DNA of 64,000 nucleotides from Eledone cirrhosa (lineage: Eukaryota), in the NCBI GenBank assembly GCA_964016885.1, contig OZ024758.1:2294001-2358000 (forward strand). The letters run 5' to 3'. The number at the start of each line of letters is the position of its first letter. The stretch's first letter is position 1. Positions 52,087-64,000 of this stretch are shown here, piece by piece. The notes under the pieces are model-generated. The model worked only from the letters and a program-made list of their open reading frames with translations, made no database searches and had not been told where the DNA came from. The translations under genes were made by a program, and so were the position numbers.

Positions 52087-52237
52087 GTTATGCCTGGTTT
52101 ACTGCTGTGTTTTGTTCTAAGGTATGACGCGTACAAGAAGTCTCAGCTGAACAGCATTGAGGCAGGAATTCCTCAGCCCATCAATACCATTCAAAAGATC
52201 ACATATTTCCATTGCTCTTTAATAGGGTATTTTTTAG
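52087..52237 (+). CDS. SPPL3: SPPL3 exon J (151 nt): [50 protein letters not shown]
   Basis: ttctag| and G|gtaagt; [14 protein letters not shown] and YFHC.LIGYF motifs. Confidence 0.97.
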
Positions 52238-52852
52238 GTAAGTCTTACCCTTTCACATGCGGGAGTTTTATATTGAATAATAATATTTGATCTGTTTTCA
52301 AGCAAACAGCCTCATTAAGCTATATTTCTTAGATGACCATCAACATCCTTTTGTTCTGACAGTGACAGAGAGAAACAAGGGACAATATCGTTTCAGGGTT
52401 ATTGCCCTTTGTCAACATTGCCCTTTGCTTGCAAACGAATCGAATCGAATATTATTATTTCTCAATATGAAACTCACAAATGCATTTATGTATCCGCCAT
52501 GTGAGAGCGAAAAACTAAATTCTGATTTGTTTTTACTCTTTATTGTATTAGCATTTAATGTTTTGCATCCTTTTAGGATGGTAGATCCATAGAACTGGTA
52601 GAGCATCAGTGCAAATGTCATTGTGGTATTTTAGGATGGTAGATTCACAGAATCAATAGAAAATCAATAGAAATACCATATGAACTCTGGCCGTTTCAAC
52701 AGCTAGTTTGCATCTAGTTGTTGTAACGGCCAGAGCTCAGCCATCAGGGTCCCAATTTTTCATATTACCCACTCTACTACCCCAAGTATCGAGTACTCTG
52801 GTGAGTAATAGTCTAACTGGTTTTTACTGCTTCCATTCTGATATATATATAT

Positions 52853-53022
52853 AAAACTACACCTGATGTCCCCCTTCCATACACATGCACACATGTGTAT
52901 ATCATGACTCATGCACTGTTCATTTTCCTGACGTTTGTGCATTACCCTATGTACTATACATACACTTTTTGATGAGTTGTAGTGCACCTGAGCACTGTAC
53001 ACAATATTTTATTATTATTATT
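52853..53022 (+). mobile_element. 3' UTR/tail of the CR1-like LINE
   Basis: reverse complement of 61550-61692; (TTA)n tail. Confidence 0.75.
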
Positions 53023-54255
53023 ATATATGATGATGATGATGATATATATATATGTATGTATATATATATATATATGTATGTATATATATATATATATATA
53101 TATAGGAGATGTTGTTTTTGGTTTCCCTAGTTCAGACTTAGTGACCTTCATCGAGGTCTGTTTTAGTAGATAGTGGTTATTGACTCAACAGGAGGTCAAT
53201 CATAGGGTTATCCTTAGAGAGTTCCCTAATCAGTAATAATCCATAATAATGTGTGTGTGTGTGTATGTATATATATATATTTATATATGTGTGTATGTAT
53301 GTATATAATAATATATATATATATAGGAAAATAGTAAGGACCCTGACGGCCGACCCCCCCCCCCCGTTTCGACAGCTAGATCCGAATTAAGCTAGCAGTG
53401 TCGTGTGTGTGTATGTATATATATATGTGTGTGTGTGTGTGTATATATGTGTGTGTGTGTATATGTGTGTTTGTGTGTGTGTATATATGTGTATGTGTAT
53501 GTATATAGATATGTGTGTGTGTGTGTGTGTGTGTGTATACACAAACACACATACACACACAGTATTATCCTTATGTACACATATATAGCAAGGTATTTAT
53601 CACTGCAGCACTAAACATACACCTCACCATTCTCAGCCTATTTAAAGGTCCTTTATAAATATTTTTGTTTAGATTGTCTACAGAAAAATATTCAATTACA
53701 AGCAATGTAAACACAGTGTTTGAAAATTTCTATTTTCTCATATAATTTCTTGATGAATGTGATCAATGTTTAGATAGCTATTGATAAAATTCTTACCAGA
53801 TAAGATTGAATTGAAAAAAAAAAATCAATAATTTGTGTTTAAAGAATTTGAATACTGAGCAATATTGGTAAGGCTGCTGGTTTGATGACAGCATTTACAT
53901 TAAAGATCCGTATCTATGGCAATGGTGTTTATAGAAAAGATTTTGTCAGGTTAATTCAACAGCTTTTATTGCAGTTCTGGTGTTGTTGTTGATATTGTTG
54001 TTGGCAAGTTCTAGTCTGCTTTGCTTTATTAAAGGCCTCCAACAACTGGGGTAGGCAAATATTTGTATATTACTAAGTCTATCTGGTTGTGTGTGTGTGT
54101 GTACAAATGAATTCAGTGAGAGCTGATTATTATACAAGCGAGACCAACGAAGCTAATGGATGTTATCCAACCATCTTGCTTGAGGTCTACCCCTGGGTCT
54201 CCTGCCGGTTGCTTTTGCCTGTAAAATCTGTTCAGTGATTCTTTCCTGTGACATT

Positions 54256-54484
54256 CTACCTCGCATAATATCTCACATAACATTTACATTACTCTATATA
54301 TACTATTGTATTTTCACAGTAAAGGCTTTACCTCACATGATATCGAATCTATGAGGTTTTGATGTTATTTATATTGAGAACAATACCTTAACATCAGTAT
54401 GAGTGGCTAGTTATGGCAAGTTTAAACAGAAAGAGATGAGAGAATTCTGGCCAGATATGGCTGGTTTAAATGCTAGAGGGTTAA
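54256..54484 (+). mobile_element. MITE M1 ending 45 nt before exon K
   Basis: M1 body and AAATGCTAGAGGG-TTAA. Confidence 0.85.
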
Positions 54485-54529
54485 TTGGCAAGAACTGTGA
54501 CAATGATGTTGATGTTGTTTTATTTCCAG

Positions 54530-54639
54530 GTCTGTTGACTGCCACCGTGTCATCAGAGGTATTCAAAGCAGCACAGCCTGCTCTTCTCTACCTGGTCCCT
54601 TTTACACTGCTGCCTCTGCTGACTATGGCATACCTCAAG
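54530..54639 (+). CDS. SPPL3: SPPL3 exon K (110 nt) with PAL motif: (G)[36 protein letters not shown]
   Basis: ttccag| and AAG|gtttgt; QPALLYLVP motif. Confidence 0.97.
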
Positions 54640-54783
54640 GTTTGTATCACACTCTACTGCATGGCTCCCCTTAACACACAGACACACACACACACACTCA
54701 CACACACAAATACACACACACACACAGACACTCACATAGACACACATACACTGCATCTTATCTACTGCATTTCAGTCCTTATG

Positions 54784-54921
<138 letters not shown>

Positions 54922-55126
54922 TAATGCTAAATGTTAGCTTTGCCTTTCATCCTTACGGGGTTGATAAATAAAGTACCAGTAATGTACTGGGGTCAATTTG
55001 ATCGACTTTCCCCTCCCCCCAAATTGCTGGTCTTGTGCCTAAAGTAGAAACAATTGTATACATGTACATTATAAGGTGTGTGTGTGTATAAATATATATA
55101 TATATACATGTACATTATATGGTGTG

Positions 55127-55163
<37 letters not shown>

Positions 55164-55180
55164 GTACATTATATGGTGTG

Positions 55181-55219
<39 letters not shown>

Positions 55220-55476
55220 GTACATTATATGGTGTATTGATATATATACATGTGCATTATAAAGTGTATATATGTTTAATGTACATTATGGTGTGTATAT
55301 ATATATATATATATATATACACATGTACATTATAAGGAGTATTGATATATATACATGTGCATTATAAAGTGTATATATGTTTAATGTACATTATATGGTG
55401 TGTATATATATATATACACATGTACATTATAAGGAGTATATATATGTTAATAGAAATATCTGTTTGTTTATTGCAG

Positions 55477-55542
55477 GGTGACTTGCGTCGCATGTGGAAT
55501 GAGCCGTTCATTAATAACCAGTCCAGCAAACTCGAGGTCTAA
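55477..55542 (+). CDS. SPPL3: SPPL3 last coding exon L: GDLRRMWNEPFINNQSSKLEV*
   Basis: ttgcag| acceptor; GDLRRMW.EPF and terminal LEV then TAA. Confidence 0.96.
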   Translation, partial: GDLRRMWNEPFINNQSSKLEV

Positions 55543-55547
55543 ACAGC

Positions 55548-55589
55548 TGTGTGTAGATGGTCAACTACACATGTATCTATATATATATG

Positions 55590-55643
<54 letters not shown>

Positions 55644-55894
55644 CTGAAACATGGAGGTACAAATATCTGTGTGTAGATGGTCAACTACACACATATATAT
55701 ATATACACACACGTATATATATGTATATATATATATATATACTGAAACATGGAGGTACAAATAGTGTGTAGATGGTGAACTACACACACACACATATATA
55801 TATGTATACATATATATATATATATGTATATACACACACACATATATATATATACTGAAACATGGAGGTACAAATAGTGTGTAGATGGTGAACT

Positions 55895-55926
<32 letters not shown>

Positions 55927-55999
55927 GTATATACACACACATATATATATATATACTGAAACATGGAGGTACAAATAGTGTATAGATGGCCAGCTACAC
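55548..55999 (+). repeat. 3'-UTR repeat: constant ~50-nt block with hairpin, separated by variable microsatellite spacers (5 hairpin copies)
   Basis: ATACTGAAACATGGAGGTACAAATA-GTGTGTAGATGGTSAACTACACAC recurs. Confidence 0.88.
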
Positions 56000-56941
56000 T
56001 ATACAATCACACTCACTGGTTTTCAGGCCACAGATGGATGGTTGGGGGTGATCGGGAAAAGAAAGAAATTACAAGATTTACAGCTAAATACCAGCTTCTG
56101 AATTTCCAAATACCTACACATATAACACACACACATACCTGCTGACCTGTATAACTCATGTGTATAATGTTGGGTGTGTTCATATCGAAATATCTATATA
56201 CACACACACAAGCACACATATACACAGAAACAAATCAAGGAAGACAGTGACATAGTTTTCCCCTCCCCACTAGTTGTGGATAAAGTTTTTAACCATCAGT
56301 GTAACAGTTGGATGAGAACGATATATTCTTGGTCCAACTATCTCTACTGCGACTGCTACTATTAATACCGATACAAAGATTCTCTAGTACTGCCACTACA
56401 AAGATTCTCTAGTACTACCACTACTACTACTGTTGCAACTCTATACACAGACTAATTAAATAGCATTGTTGGGATGGCTAAGACAAGAGCTATACTGTAA
56501 TATTACATTTAGAGATTTCTCTGTTGCCATAAGCCAGACATACCAGACAGCTGTTATGGTTGACCATCCTTTGTTTTCCTTATCAAACCATTAAGGGTTT
56601 TTTTTTTACTTCCAGCTAAAATCATTCCTGGTCGAACTGGTTTTATAACCATGTCTTGTAATAGTAGTATTTATTTTTTCTTTCTTACTCATCCCTCCGT
56701 TTCCAGATTCTGTAAATCTAAAGTTCTTCCTGTTTCAAATGTCCTCGTCCCCTTCCTCTTACCTACACCTCCATCTGCCTCTAATAATTATTTATATTGC
56801 TTTTATTGTGTCGGTACTACTCTATGATTACGTACAACACAAAACAGATGGCAGTGTTGTAGTAAGACAGGATACAAAGAGAAAAAAAACAAAAACTATA
56901 GCAGCAAAGATGAGACTTTTAAAGAGATAAAATCTTTCTTT

Positions 56942-57360
56942 AGTGAAATCTTGGCTCAATAAGTTTGAGATAGGATCCCAGTGAAATCCTGGCTCAATGT
57001 GTTTGAGATAGGAACCCAGTGAAATCCTGGCTCAATATGTTTGAGATAGGATCCCAGTGAAATCCTGGCTCAATGTGTTTGAGATAGGATCCCAGTGAAA
57101 TCCTGGCTCAATAAGTTTGAGATAGGATCCCAGTGAAATCCTGGCTCAATGTGTTTGAGATAGGATCCCAGTGAAATCCTGGCTCAATAAGTTTGAGATA
57201 GGATCCCAGTGAAATCCTGGCTCAATGTGTTTGAGATAGGATCCCAGTGAAATCCTGGCTCAATGTGTTTGAGATAGGATCCCAGTGAAATCCTGGCTCA
57301 ATGTGTTTGAGATAGGATTCTAGTGAAATCCTGGCTCAATGTGTTTGAGATAGGATTCTA
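56942..57360. repeat. 38-bp palindromic minisatellite AGTGAAATCCTGGCTCAATGTGTTTGAGATAGGATCCC, 11 units
   Basis: direct reading. Confidence 0.95.
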
Positions 57361-59451
57361 TGGTTTTCATTGTCTACATCTTTGCTCAGTTGGTGATTTT
57401 ATGCAAATCACTTCATTCGATGTGCTTTGCTGGAACAATGTAAATAAACATGAGATTATAGCTAGCCATTGTCTTCATATAATTCTGCAGTTATTATTTT
57501 AATGCTGTTTCCCCTCTTCATCATGTCTATATGTGATAGGCTTCTCTTATTCCTGTTGTAGAATGATGTAACAGCTCAGGAATGTTAGAATGCTTCTTTT
57601 TCTTTTTAAATAAATCAACATTATTTCCTAGTTTGAATCGAAATAATACAAAATGTTTTGTATGTTTCTCATCTTCTCACTTTTCCTTTGTTCTCTTAAT
57701 TTAACTGTTCTTCTATTCCCCTAATTTAATTGTCTCCATTCTGTTTTTATTCTGTTGTTTTTATATTCTGATATTCTGATGGCTCCTTCATCTTTGCTTC
57801 CCATTCTGGTTGTAAATTTCTTATCAAACAAATATTTTCACTCTAACATCTCCAGATTTCATATGTTTTTTCTGAATGGGGATGTCGTTATCATTTCTTC
57901 AAAAGTTTTAATAAAAGGAAATATCTTTGGATGAGATGTATTGCTGTCATCTCTGTTTGTCATGAAATTCTAGATATATTTCTATTGCTTTTTTAAATAT
58001 ATTTCAATAATTTCTATAGTTTTTTTAATTTGTTAGAATTCATTCCTTCATCTTTTTAAATTTTAGTTTCACTTTTTCTGAGACTGTTGTAATAAATCTG
58101 TTGAGGTCATATTTCCCCCTTCATTACTTCAGCTATTACGTAGTTTAAATTAAAACCTGTTTTTATTATTAAAATTACATTCGCACTCAACATTTTTATC
58201 TTTGGGTAAACTTCTTTCCAAAAGTGTTCAATATTTTCGGCAGAAACAGTAGTGTTGAGCTTAACTTTTTTTAATATTAGCATGGCCAAAACTTACTCTG
58301 CTCTTATAAAATAAAGTCACCCATTTTAAAAGGTTCCTATTTAAATTAAAACTTTCCAACATAATTTCATTTAAGAATCGAATGTTAAGTTACTATCTTA
58401 GTAATGAAATTATTGATAAATTTCAACATGTTTCATTAATTTATTGAACTACAGTTGATGTCATTGTAAATATTGTAAGAAAAAGGTGAAACACTTTACA
58501 GTATTTGGTCCTATTTCTCTACATGTGGAGTTCTAATATTGCCAAGAGTAGATTTCACTGTTCATTATATAAGATGAGGTGAGGTGCGGATAAAATAAGT
58601 ATTAACCATGTGCTAGAGTTAATTCCATCATCATCATTTATACTTCATATTTAGCTTTGTACTATTTATCATAAATATAGATTAATATAAAATTAAATTG
58701 TGTTTATATATCTATCTATCTATATAGGGTGGGTAAAATTCCTGAAATCCATGGACGAGTTCTCTCCAGCGGCCTCTGTCCCTCATTATCGCTGCCATGT
58801 CCTGCATCTCCACATATATGTGTCTGTATATGAGTACGTGTATATGTATGTATGTATATATATTTATATGTATGTATATATATGTATATATTAAACTGAA
58901 GTCAAAATCTCATTTTGGTTGATATAAGATAGACTAAAATAAGTTGGTTCCTTCCATTGAGATGTTACGTATTAGAGACAGTTAACTTTATAAAGTTATA
59001 AATTAATATATATATATTAGAGAGAGAGAGACGTTAAACGATGATATATATATATATGTATCTATCTATCTATAATGATTGTGTTTTATAATTACTTTAT
59101 TGCTGTTCTCTGGTTATCATATAATAGCTAGACAACTACAGTGTCATTGTGTTATCAAGCTAATTACCATTGCTAGTGACTGATAACATATCAAAATTGT
59201 ATCTATTTAAAGGTGACATGAGAACCTCATGAATGTGATATGATAGGGGGTGTTTAGCCCTCATCTGAAATTCACAATGCAGTGCTGAGCCAAGCTTTGT
59301 CAGCAAAAGCAGCAGTGTTACAGTGAATATAATAGAATAAAGAAATTTCTTTATGCAGTTCAGCTACCCATCTTCAGTTACAATCACAACAACTTTATAC
59401 ATTAATACAAACAACTCTAGCTGTGCTATCATTTCCCTGTAGGACATTGAG

Positions 59452-59643
59452 TTAACCCTTTAGTATTTACATTACTCTATATATACTGTTGTATTTTCAT
59501 GGTAAAGGCTTTATCTCACATAATGTTGAATCTATGAGATTTTGATCTTTACATCAGTATGAGTGGTCAGTTACAGCCGGTTAGAACAGAAAGAGGTGAG
59601 AGAATTCTGACCAGATAAAGCTGGTTTAAATGCTAAAGGGTTA
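59452..59643 (+). mobile_element. MITE M1 with internal deletion
   Basis: TTAA-CCCTTTAGTATTTA ... TAAATGCTAAAGGG-TTA. Confidence 0.85.
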
Positions 59644-61129
59644 TGTTTTTATGAAAAATTTATGAGAAATTTTTTAAATCCATTATTTTGTCAAATTTTA
59701 ACTGCGTTTTTTAAAAAATTTTTGTATATTTGTCAAGGAGTTTAAATGTGAGAACATATTGATGTGTTTGTTGACGTAAACTAGCGACTTATTCAGCTGT
59801 TTGTCTCTCTAAATCTCTTGGATATCCTGCAAGTTATATTTTAATCTCATATTTCTGAATGTCAGTCAGAGAGTTACAATGGTCAATTTTATTGGTTGAT
59901 TTTAAAATAAAACAGCTAAGTGAAATAATTATATTTAAGATAGAACTGTTTCTGCTTCAGATTATGATTACCACCCTGTTCCTGTTGCAGGTTCTTTCAA
60001 TTTCAGTTCCCACTAGACAAGTGGACAACCCTTGTTTGTTCTTACCCATTCCTATCTATATTGGCTTTTGTGAAGTTTCATTAAGTATTTAAACTGGGAG
60101 GTATTGAGTGCTACACTTGCTCTGCTTTCATTGACTCATTATTGAATGAATCTTAACTAAGTTTGGAATATTTTAATCAACTTTGTAGTGTCAATTGAAT
60201 GTAAGACTCCTGTCCCCTAGGGATTTCTAAACCTTAACAGCTATCGGTCTCCTTTATACCATCAAGCCAGTAAAATCTTTACTCAGAATTTTTCATCTCT
60301 TTACCACATTAGAGTTTATTGTGTGTTTAGGCTTTTGTTCCCTTCTCACGTGGGCCAAACTAACTACGAAGGGGGCAATGTTGCCATGGTGAAACCAGGA
60401 TGCCAGCAGTGGTAGTTCAGCTTCTACTTCCAGTATTCTCCCTCTTCCTCTGTCGAACCCTTCTAGAGTGATTATGGACTGGGGTAGATGATACAGTTGT
60501 ACACATGAATGGACATTGTTTGTAAAAGCCAAAGAAAAAAAAAATCAGTTTAAAATTATTTTAAAAAATATATAAAAAAAAAAAATGTATTTGAAAACAC
60601 AAACAAAAAGAGAAAATCAAAACTCCTAACATGGTAGTAGCCACCATTGTGCCACCCAGGTCATGGTCGCTGCCACTAAATGTGCCTCTGGAAACAAGAG
60701 AACTGCACAGTTGGAAAGACAAAACAAAAGAAAAAAAAATACAAAAAAAAACAAAAAAAAAACAGACATCTTTTTTTACTCTTGCTTGTCAAGATATGTT
60801 TGTCGTTGTCATTCTCGTTAACGCTGCCAACCACCACCACCACCACACAACCACCACCACCACTACAACCACAGCCACCACAACCACCGGCAACTTGGCA
60901 GAGTATGCCTGTGTGTGTGTGTGTGGTTGCTAGAGTAGTGATACCACTGACTCTAGAGGACTGATATCATATCTTTTCATTTCATGCCAATCCAATTCCA
61001 CATTCAGGTTGGCCACACTCATGTCATAAATAAAGTAAATTTCAGTGAATTTGTCTTTTATCATTTTTCCTTCTGTTGTGGTTTCAATTTTTTTACAGGT
61101 TTGTTTTTAAACAAGAAAATAATAATAAA

Positions 61130-62220
61130 AGCAGGTGATCTCCAACTTGCACTTGATAGGTTTGATGCTGAGAGCTGCATGGCTGGAATGAAAATCAGTG
61201 CTGCGAAAAATGAGACACCCGTTCTCTCAAGGGAACATGTGCAGTGGACTCTACATGTGAATGGTGTTCCACTGAAACATGTAGAGGAGTTCAAGTATCT
61301 CTGGGCCGTGTTCACGAGTGGTGGAAGGCAGGGGGCTGGGTTATGTGCAAGAATTGCAGGAGCTGGTACAGTGATCAGAAGAAGGGATGTAGGTGTAAAA
61401 GCCAAACTCACTATCTTCAATTCAGTATTCGTGCCAACCCTTAGCTATGGTCACGAATCTTGGGTAATGACTGAAAGATTACAAATATAAATGGCCGAAA
61501 TAGGGGTCCTCCGAATGAGAGAGATGAGAGAGTTACTCCCGGTAATATGTAATAATAATAATTAAAATATTGTGTACAGTGCTCAGGTGCACTACAACTA
61601 ATCAAAAATGTATGTATAGTACATAGGGTAATGTACAAACTTCAGGAAAATGAACAGTGCATGTGTATGGAAGGGGTACATCTGGTGTAGTTTTGGCGAA
61701 TTTCGGGAAGCATAAGAGTTTTAAAGGATGCAGTGTCTCAGCAGCTAACAACTGACGCAGGCAGTTTGTTCCATGCTTCAGCAACTCTAAGTGTGAAAAA
61801 ATGTTTCTGAAAGTCATGGGAGCTGTGCTGTTTTCTGACTTTATAGGCATGTCCACATGGATCAAAAAGGTGCTCAGGGTTGTTGTTGGTGAGATGGTTA
61901 ATAATTTTGTGGGTGTTTACCAAGTCCATTACCAGATGTCGGAGCTTCAATGAATCCCAAATTGAGGAATCACAGCTTTGATACTGTGGGCATATGGTTA
62001 ACATATCTCAGGAAAGAATCGCTGGACAGATTTTACAAGCAAAACCAACTGGCGAGAGACCCAGTGGTAGACCCTGAGTAAGATTGTGGGATAACATCCA
62101 TGAGCTTGGCTGGTCTTGCTTGGGGATCCAGCCAGGTCAATTGGAGACGGCTGCTTCTATAAAGACCCACTGGAAAAAGTGTTTGAAGACGCTGCCTCTC
62201 AGGAATAAGTAGGTGAAGAA
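61130..62220 (+). mobile_element. RTE-clade LINE ORF fragment (RT C-terminus), split by a nested insertion
   Basis: translation GMKISAAK...LKHVEEFKYLW...KLTIFNSVFVPTLSYGHESWVMT, resuming at ~62003 with QILQAKPTGERPSGRP*VRLWDNI; typical RTE motifs. Confidence 0.85.
61547..62002 (-). mobile_element. CR1/L2-group LINE 3' end nested in the RTE fragment
   Basis: ORF ...GHAYKVRK...KHFFTLRVAEAWNKLP, a typical CR1-group ORF2 C-terminus, then 3' UTR and (TTA)n tail. Confidence 0.8.
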
Positions 62221-63044
62221 GGTTTGTTTTTACAGGTTTATTTACATCATTGGCTTCTCAGTTTGTTTTTTCTGTCTTTTATAAATGAAATACTGAAGTT
62301 CCTACAACTGTGGAGCCATTCTACCTCCTGTGGATAATGGTATGTTAGGTTTTGAAATAATGATTTGTTCAATTCTGGAGAAATGCTACATAGAATTTTC
62401 TTTAATACAGCTTAAGAGATTATGTCTGTTGACAACCCCCGTGTTACCATTACATAGAGGTTAGTATTAAGAACAATCAGTTTTCTGCTTCATTGATTAT
62501 ATCACATCTGGTTAGTCTTGTTTGAAGAGAGTTTACTCCTACAGTTTTTAGATATATATATTTAGTGTTGCCTCCCTTCCATATGGACTATATTTCTTGA
62601 TATTAAATTTAATTTGATCATTATATGTTAATTTGCTAGGGCAATGACTAGTTGGGGGGTTGCTGATATGGTTAGAATTAATGTTAGACCTGACACAGAA
62701 TCTGAGTCGATATTTATAGGACATCTGAGGGTTTTAGGTTTGCCTTAATGATCAGTCATAGAGTGTAAGGTTAGCGTTAATGTTTCAATTTAGGGGTTAG
62801 CTATTTAATTTAGAATCAATATTTAGTGCTAACGACCCTCTATTATAGACAAAATTTAATATAAAGGGATCGACATTTCTATGGAAGTTGGTATTTATAC
62901 TGGACCTTTGCTTTAGTTGACTCTCACTAGTATGTAGTCTCCTCATTCAACAAGTCATAACACTTCCATGCATCAATAACTAATTAAACCACTGATATTT
63001 CACACACACTTCGCTCTGTGTCTTCTCTGGTTATATAGTTCTCT

Positions 63045-63076
<32 letters not shown>

Positions 63077-63815
63077 TCATATATATATTCTACTTTTGAC
63101 AATATTGTCTATGGAGGAGCACATAATTCAAATATATTTAATGTTACATTTAAATAATTTTGAAAACCATACAATGCACTAGAAAATTAAAATTGCCAAG
63201 ATAAGAGAATCTTACCTTTATAAATCTGAAATATTTTCAGGGTAAAAAAAAACAACCATTGTGAGAGACTTAAAGTGTGTGTGTGTTAGCTGTCAAAACG
63301 GCTGGAGCTCAGCCATCGAGGTCCTGACTCTTTTCCTATATCTATATATCTTTTGACAGGTTCTTAGCTGGTTTCTTTTCCTGAGGCCTCAGCTGTCCAT
63401 TTGATGTTGGAACAGGATTTCTCGTTTCCTTCCTCTGTGTGTGCATATATACATACATGTGTATATCCATAGTAAAAGACAAAACTGAAAGAAGTTTATA
63501 AAGTTTAACATGTTTTTTTATTGACAACGTATATGAATTAATTTATTTTATTTTCGTTACTTCTCGTTCACATACCGCTGGGAAGCATCCTGAACAACAA
63601 TAAAATGTCTGTTAATAAAAAGTTTACATATTATATACGAGTTGTCTTACTATTTTGACAATGAAAAATAATTAGATTTTTAGCCTCATAAAGGCTTCTA
63701 ATCAATTAGTTCTCTTCGGAAGGAGTGTTTAAAAGAAACTAAGGAAGACATACCTTCTATATGTCCACATAATAAATATATATATAAATAAATATACATA
63801 TAATATACATGTATG

Positions 63816-63847
<32 letters not shown>

Positions 63848-63868
63848 TACATATAATATACATGTATG

Positions 63869-63900
<32 letters not shown>

Positions 63901-63921
63901 TACATATAATATACATGTATG

Positions 63922-63953
<32 letters not shown>

Positions 63954-64000
63954 TACATATAATATACATGTATGTATATATATATATATATATATAAATA

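Noticed and set aside
55540-55575. Stop-codon readthrough or SECIS signal
   Set aside because: Stop is TAA-A, the protein ends at the conserved LEV, and the hairpin lacks the AUGA/GA quartet.
55548-57360. CRISPR-like repeat/spacer look of the post-stop arrays
   Set aside because: Eukaryotic context, no cas genes; spacers are microsatellites or absent rather than unique sequences.
60293-60532. 79-aa minus-strand ORF as a neighbouring gene
   Set aside because: No recognisable homology or exon partners; may be UTR or intergenic.

Overview
This is AT-rich, microsatellite-dense animal genomic DNA, not prokaryotic. The SINE, MITE and microsatellite landscape suggests a cephalopod such as Octopus, but that is an inference. 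The window holds one protein-coding gene on the + strand, signal peptide peptidase-like 3 (SPPL3, a GxGD intramembrane aspartyl protease). I traced it by hand as 12 GT-AG exons from 5967 to 55542 (1114 nt; 370 codons plus TAA) with consistent phases and intact YD, GLGD and QPALLY motifs. The first coding exon was not found and probably lies upstream. The introns contain about 15 copies of a TTAA-flanked piggyBac-type MITE, tRNA-derived SINEs, Tc1/pogo MITEs, Helitron-like pieces, LINE fragments and many minisatellites, including a 6.7 kb 52/54-bp array and a 1.8 kb 49-bp array. All long ORFs in the supplied track are repeat artefacts. I cannot show a new biological system. The best leads are at the RNA-structure level: an inverted SINE pair sharing a deletion that brackets an in-frame exon, a near-perfect 67-bp hairpin, two tandem stem-loop arrays after the stop codon, a degenerate hammerhead-like palindrome, and satellites caught at several stages of expanding out of transposon internal units.
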